The translations under genes and the position numbers were made by a program. The notes beneath the pieces were generated by a model. That model made no database searches. It was given only the letters and a program-made list of their open reading frames with translations, and was not told the origin of the DNA. This document shows, piece by piece, positions 60,536 to 64,000 of a DNA stretch of 64,000 nucleotides. The DNA comes from Prorocentrum cordatum. Taxonomy: Eukaryota. The first letter of the stretch is position 1, and every line of letters starts with the position of its first letter. The DNA lies in the NCBI GenBank assembly GCA_963575745.1, contig CAUYUJ010000225.1:930001-994000 (forward strand), written 5' to 3'.

Positions 60536-61122
60536 CGGGGGAAAAGGAGAAGGAGGAGGAGGAGGAGGAGGAGGAGGAGAGGGAGGAGGAGGAGGAGGAG
60601 CAGGAGAAGGGGGACTGACTGACTGACTACGCCTTGGACTCAACGTGCCGCTTGCTTCTAAACCATACTAGCATCGCTCTGAGTCTAGCTGGGCGAACCC
60701 CTTCACTCTCACGTGCGCGGGTGCCACAGAGCATACAGGCACTGCACGCACCCCACCCCCGCACTCGTCGAGCTAGGGGCATGCGTGCACTCGGACTAAA
60801 ATCGTTACGCTGCCTACTTTCCGCGACTGGTCGCTCTGAATGGCTCACAAGATTATGTCCCCAACCCTTCCCTCTCGCGCTCGGGGGGTCTCGGGACGTG
60901 AGATGAGGAGGTTGGAGTCGAGGGAGGACTGAAGGACTGGAGCAAGCAAACTGGGCTCACGCGGGGCTGGCAGGCGGCCAGCGGCAGCAAGCTCTGCGTA
61001 ACGTTTACTCTCTCTGAAAGCTGTCGGTGCCTCACTCGGAGCTCGATGCGTATTCAGCTGAGTCGTCTGGAATCTCCCGCGAATCTGCACCCTCGGGACT
61101 GGTTCACCGATCAGCTCCAGCT

Positions 61123-61896
61123 CTACTTCACGGTCGAATTCACCAAGCTCTTCAGCTCGCGATGGAGTGGTCCGCGCGGCGCCGAGCCCAATTTTCTCTG
61201 GCCTCCCTCCTTCCTGAGCTCCCCGATCGGGATGTCGCGAATCATCTTCATGTTGCGCTCGTGCAAGTCGAAGGAACAAATCATCCGCACTCTCTCCTTC
61301 TTGTTCGGCGCTTTATTCTTCTTCGCCTGGAAGCGCGTGATGCAGCTCCCCAAGAACCCCGGGTCCTCCTGGCACACCACCGTCGTCCAGAATTCCGTGA
61401 GCACCTTCTTCGAATCCTCGTTCACGAGCGTCGAAAAGGCTCCTCGTTCACGAGCGTCGAAAAGGCTCTTGATCGCGGCCGCCGCGATGACCAGGTGTGG
61501 TGGTCCGACCGAACCTGTGTCGACCTGGCTGTCGACCGCGCGCTTCTCCTTGAGTTGAATGGCGTCCGCGTAATACTTCTGGCCCGCTTGGACCGCGAAC
61601 TCCTCCATCGGTTTGCTGGCCTCCACCTCCCACGCCTCGTGCACCGCTGCCTGTAGATTTTGCGCGTCTTTGGCCACTATCATGGTCAGCCTTGCTGTGG
61701 CGCTCGCGATCTGCTCCACGCGATCTGCACCTCTGCCCTTGCCTTTGCCAGCGCCCTTGCCCTTCTGCTGCTTGCTGGGGTCGGCGCCCGCCTCCGCCAG
61801 CGCGCGCTTGCCCGGCAACGTCGGTCCCTTGGCGAACGAGACATCCACCTGCGTGGGGGTCTGGGCCTCGCCCGCCGCCGCCTCCGCTGCCGCCAT
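61123..61896 (-). CDS. Intronless ~258-aa ORF, probably ORF1 of a non-LTR retrotransposon
   Basis: Non-repetitive, protein-like sequence with KGKGAGKGKG, GPPHL and a C-terminal GSAPRGPLHREL. The ORF1 assignment is inference. Confidence 0.45.
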   Translation of the reverse strand: MAAAEAAAGEAQTPTQVDVSFAKGPTLPGKRALAEAGADPSKQQKGKGAGKGKGRGADRVEQIASATARLTMIVAKDAQNLQAAVHEAWEVEASKPMEEFAVQAGQKYYADAIQLKEKRAVDSQVDTGSVGPPHLVIAAAAIKSLFDARERGAFSTLVNEDSKKVLTEFWTTVVCQEDPGFLGSCITRFQAKKNKAPNKKERVRMICSFDLHERNMKMIRDIPIGELRKEGGQRKLGSAPRGPLHRELKSLVNSTVK

Positions 61897-62689
61897 CTGC
61901 AAGCATGTTGGGTGCCGCGTCAGCTGTGGAGGATCCAGCACCTCATCTGGGCGCTGGCGTCGGCGGCTGCAGAGGAGGAGGGGGAGGGGGAAGAGGAGGA
62001 GGAGGAGGAGGAGGAGGAGGAGGAGGAGGAGGAGGGGGAGGAGGAGGAGGAGGAGGAGGAGGAGGAGGAGAAGGAGGAAGAGCATTTAGTACTCCGCTGG
62101 CCGCCCGTCGCCACAGCACACACCGAGGCCCGCGCCGCGACTGAGGGGAGGCGGAAGAGGAAGGAGGGAAAGGAAATGGCGGCCGCCAGCTCGCGACCGA
62201 GCCCGCGCCGTCCTCGCAGAAGCCGAAGAGGACAACGACTCATCAGGGGCCAGGAGCACAAGACACCAGCTGGCTCTGTTATAACCAATAACACAAGAAG
62301 GGCCAATATCACCAGACACCAGCTGACTGTCACAACCCTTAGGGAAGTAATACATCCATGCACCAAAAAATCCATACGCCACAGACCACGTAGGGATCAG
62401 ACAGCACGGGCCAAGATCACCAGATACCCGCCGGCTCTGTCATAACCCATAGACACTGCAAGGGCCAAGATCGCCAGAGGCCAACTGGCTCTGTCACATC
62501 CCAGGGACGGAAATACCAGGAGCCACGTGAAACGTAGCGACCGGAGAAAAACCACCAGCGGAAATGCCGCGCATGGAGGCCCGAGGAGCGGGACCACATC
62601 TGATAGCCCAAGGATTCTGCTGCGAGGTGGGCCAGGATCACCAGCAAGGCTGGCTCGGTCACGAGAATGCAGTAGAACAGCGCCAGTCC

Positions 62690-64000
62690 CAATCAGGAGA
62701 GAAGGCCACGTAATAATTACGTCAAGTAGTCGGCCTCTTACAAGGGTCCTCGCTGTGGGCAAGATCCCACGGGCCAACTCACGAAGGTCCCGACTGCCGC
62801 AATGTCCCAAATGTCCCGGACATGGCTCCGCCAAGTCCCTGAGATCACGCTTCCCAGCACAGCCGCATCGAAGGCGCGCCTGCACCTGGAGGCCACTGAA
62901 GTAGCCCAACACATGCAAGACATGCACAGGAATTCCTTGCACCATCACTCCAACATCACGGACCCTTTGAACGGCACCTCTGGCCGGGCCTCCCATACAG
63001 GGTGCGCCCAGGAACTTCCCCAGCTTCCCGCCAATGGCGCTGCGCCCGCGCGCGACACAGTGAAAGGAGGAGCCAGTGCCCGCGTGGACCTGGTGCTCCG
63101 GGAACTTGACCGTCGAGAAGTAGTCCTGCGCCATTGCGCGAGTCGGCGCAATCCTCTTCGACTCGGCCGCCGTCGCTGCATGGAGAGACCCCCCCAGATG
63201 CAAACGCACAAACCTGCCAATAGCTCCTGCATGCTCCTGCGCCCCAACGAAAGATTCCGCCACCGCGCACTCCTCTGCCCAACGCTCAAGGGCCTCATCA
63301 GCCAGGGCGTCGGCCAGGTGGCGGCGCAGCCTGACCCCGCGTCTCTGGGCCCCCTCGACCGCGAGATGGCCCCCGATCTTGACCAGCATCAGAAAACGAG
63401 GGGCGGGAACCAACGCCGCCTGCAATTCACGCCGAATCCAAGTTGGTCGCGGACGCACGGCGCTCTCAGATATTGTTCCAACCTTTCATGACGTAGCCTG
63501 GGACCGTGACAAAGGTGATCGGCACCTTGGATCCTCGACGGCGCGCAGTCAGGCAGTCGCCCCCCCCCCCCCCCCCGCATCGATCGCCTGCTTCCCCGGG
63601 ATGCCACCGCCGCGCGAAACAAAGAAAACCGCGCCAAACTCAGGCGGGGCCCCAACGCGCATCACTTGGCAACACCACCCTTTCCCGCGCGGACGCGGGC
63701 CAGGGCTGCGAGCGCCACCAGAAGCATCTCCCGCAACAAGGAGGTGATCACGCCGCCGCAGGCCTGCCAATCGCCCAATCCGCTCATTCAGGGGGTCATC
63801 CGCGGCCTCCGCGACGCGCGTCAAAGGGGCAGGTAGGACGCCTCGGTCCCAGGGACAGGGCGACGCTTCATGATGCCCCATTGATCTGCTGACATCAGCT
63901 GACCTGCCCAGGGGGTGCGGTCGCCAACTCCTCGTTGCACGCGAAAGACCAGCTCCTGCGTAAGTGAATGTCCTCTTGGCCGCGCGAGCGCCTCGGGCGC
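62690..64000 (-). mobile_element. 3' fragment of an RNase H-bearing LINE (runs off the window edge)
   Basis: VAGDASGG...PRPRGKGW, LVKIGGH...HLADALAD (RNase H end), and Cys/His C-terminus ending LAEPC...LARGILP, similar to 17640-17870. Confidence 0.55.

Overview
GC-rich eukaryotic DNA, most likely a dinoflagellate (Prorocentrum-like). This is inferred from the long (GGA/CCT)n, (CAT)n and (CGT)n tracts, the AG|GC donors and AG|G acceptors, and the transposon families present. Most ORFs in the track are artefacts of trinucleotide repeats and high GC. The main feature is a structurally complete, young Ty1/copia LTR retrotransposon (20397-28563, minus strand) with 166-bp LTRs differing at one base, a CTGCC target-site duplication and a tRNA primer-binding site. 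Its polyprotein carries a C5 cytosine-methyltransferase-like domain between protease and integrase. It also hides a second reading frame with two SAP/LEM-like DNA-binding motifs. Gag and Pol share one frame broken by a single TGA, which looks like a CpG deamination that is silent in the overlapping frame. The rest of the window holds a second decayed copia (probably also DNMT-bearing), LINE relics (one APE-RT, two with RNase H), a Helitron Rep fragment and a non-autonomous Helitron, Tc1/mariner and hAT-like transposase relics, several MITEs (one splices out in frame like an Introner), tandem and inverted repeats, and one credible host gene (FUSC/ALMT-like transporter). All calls come from reading motifs by eye; no searches were run.
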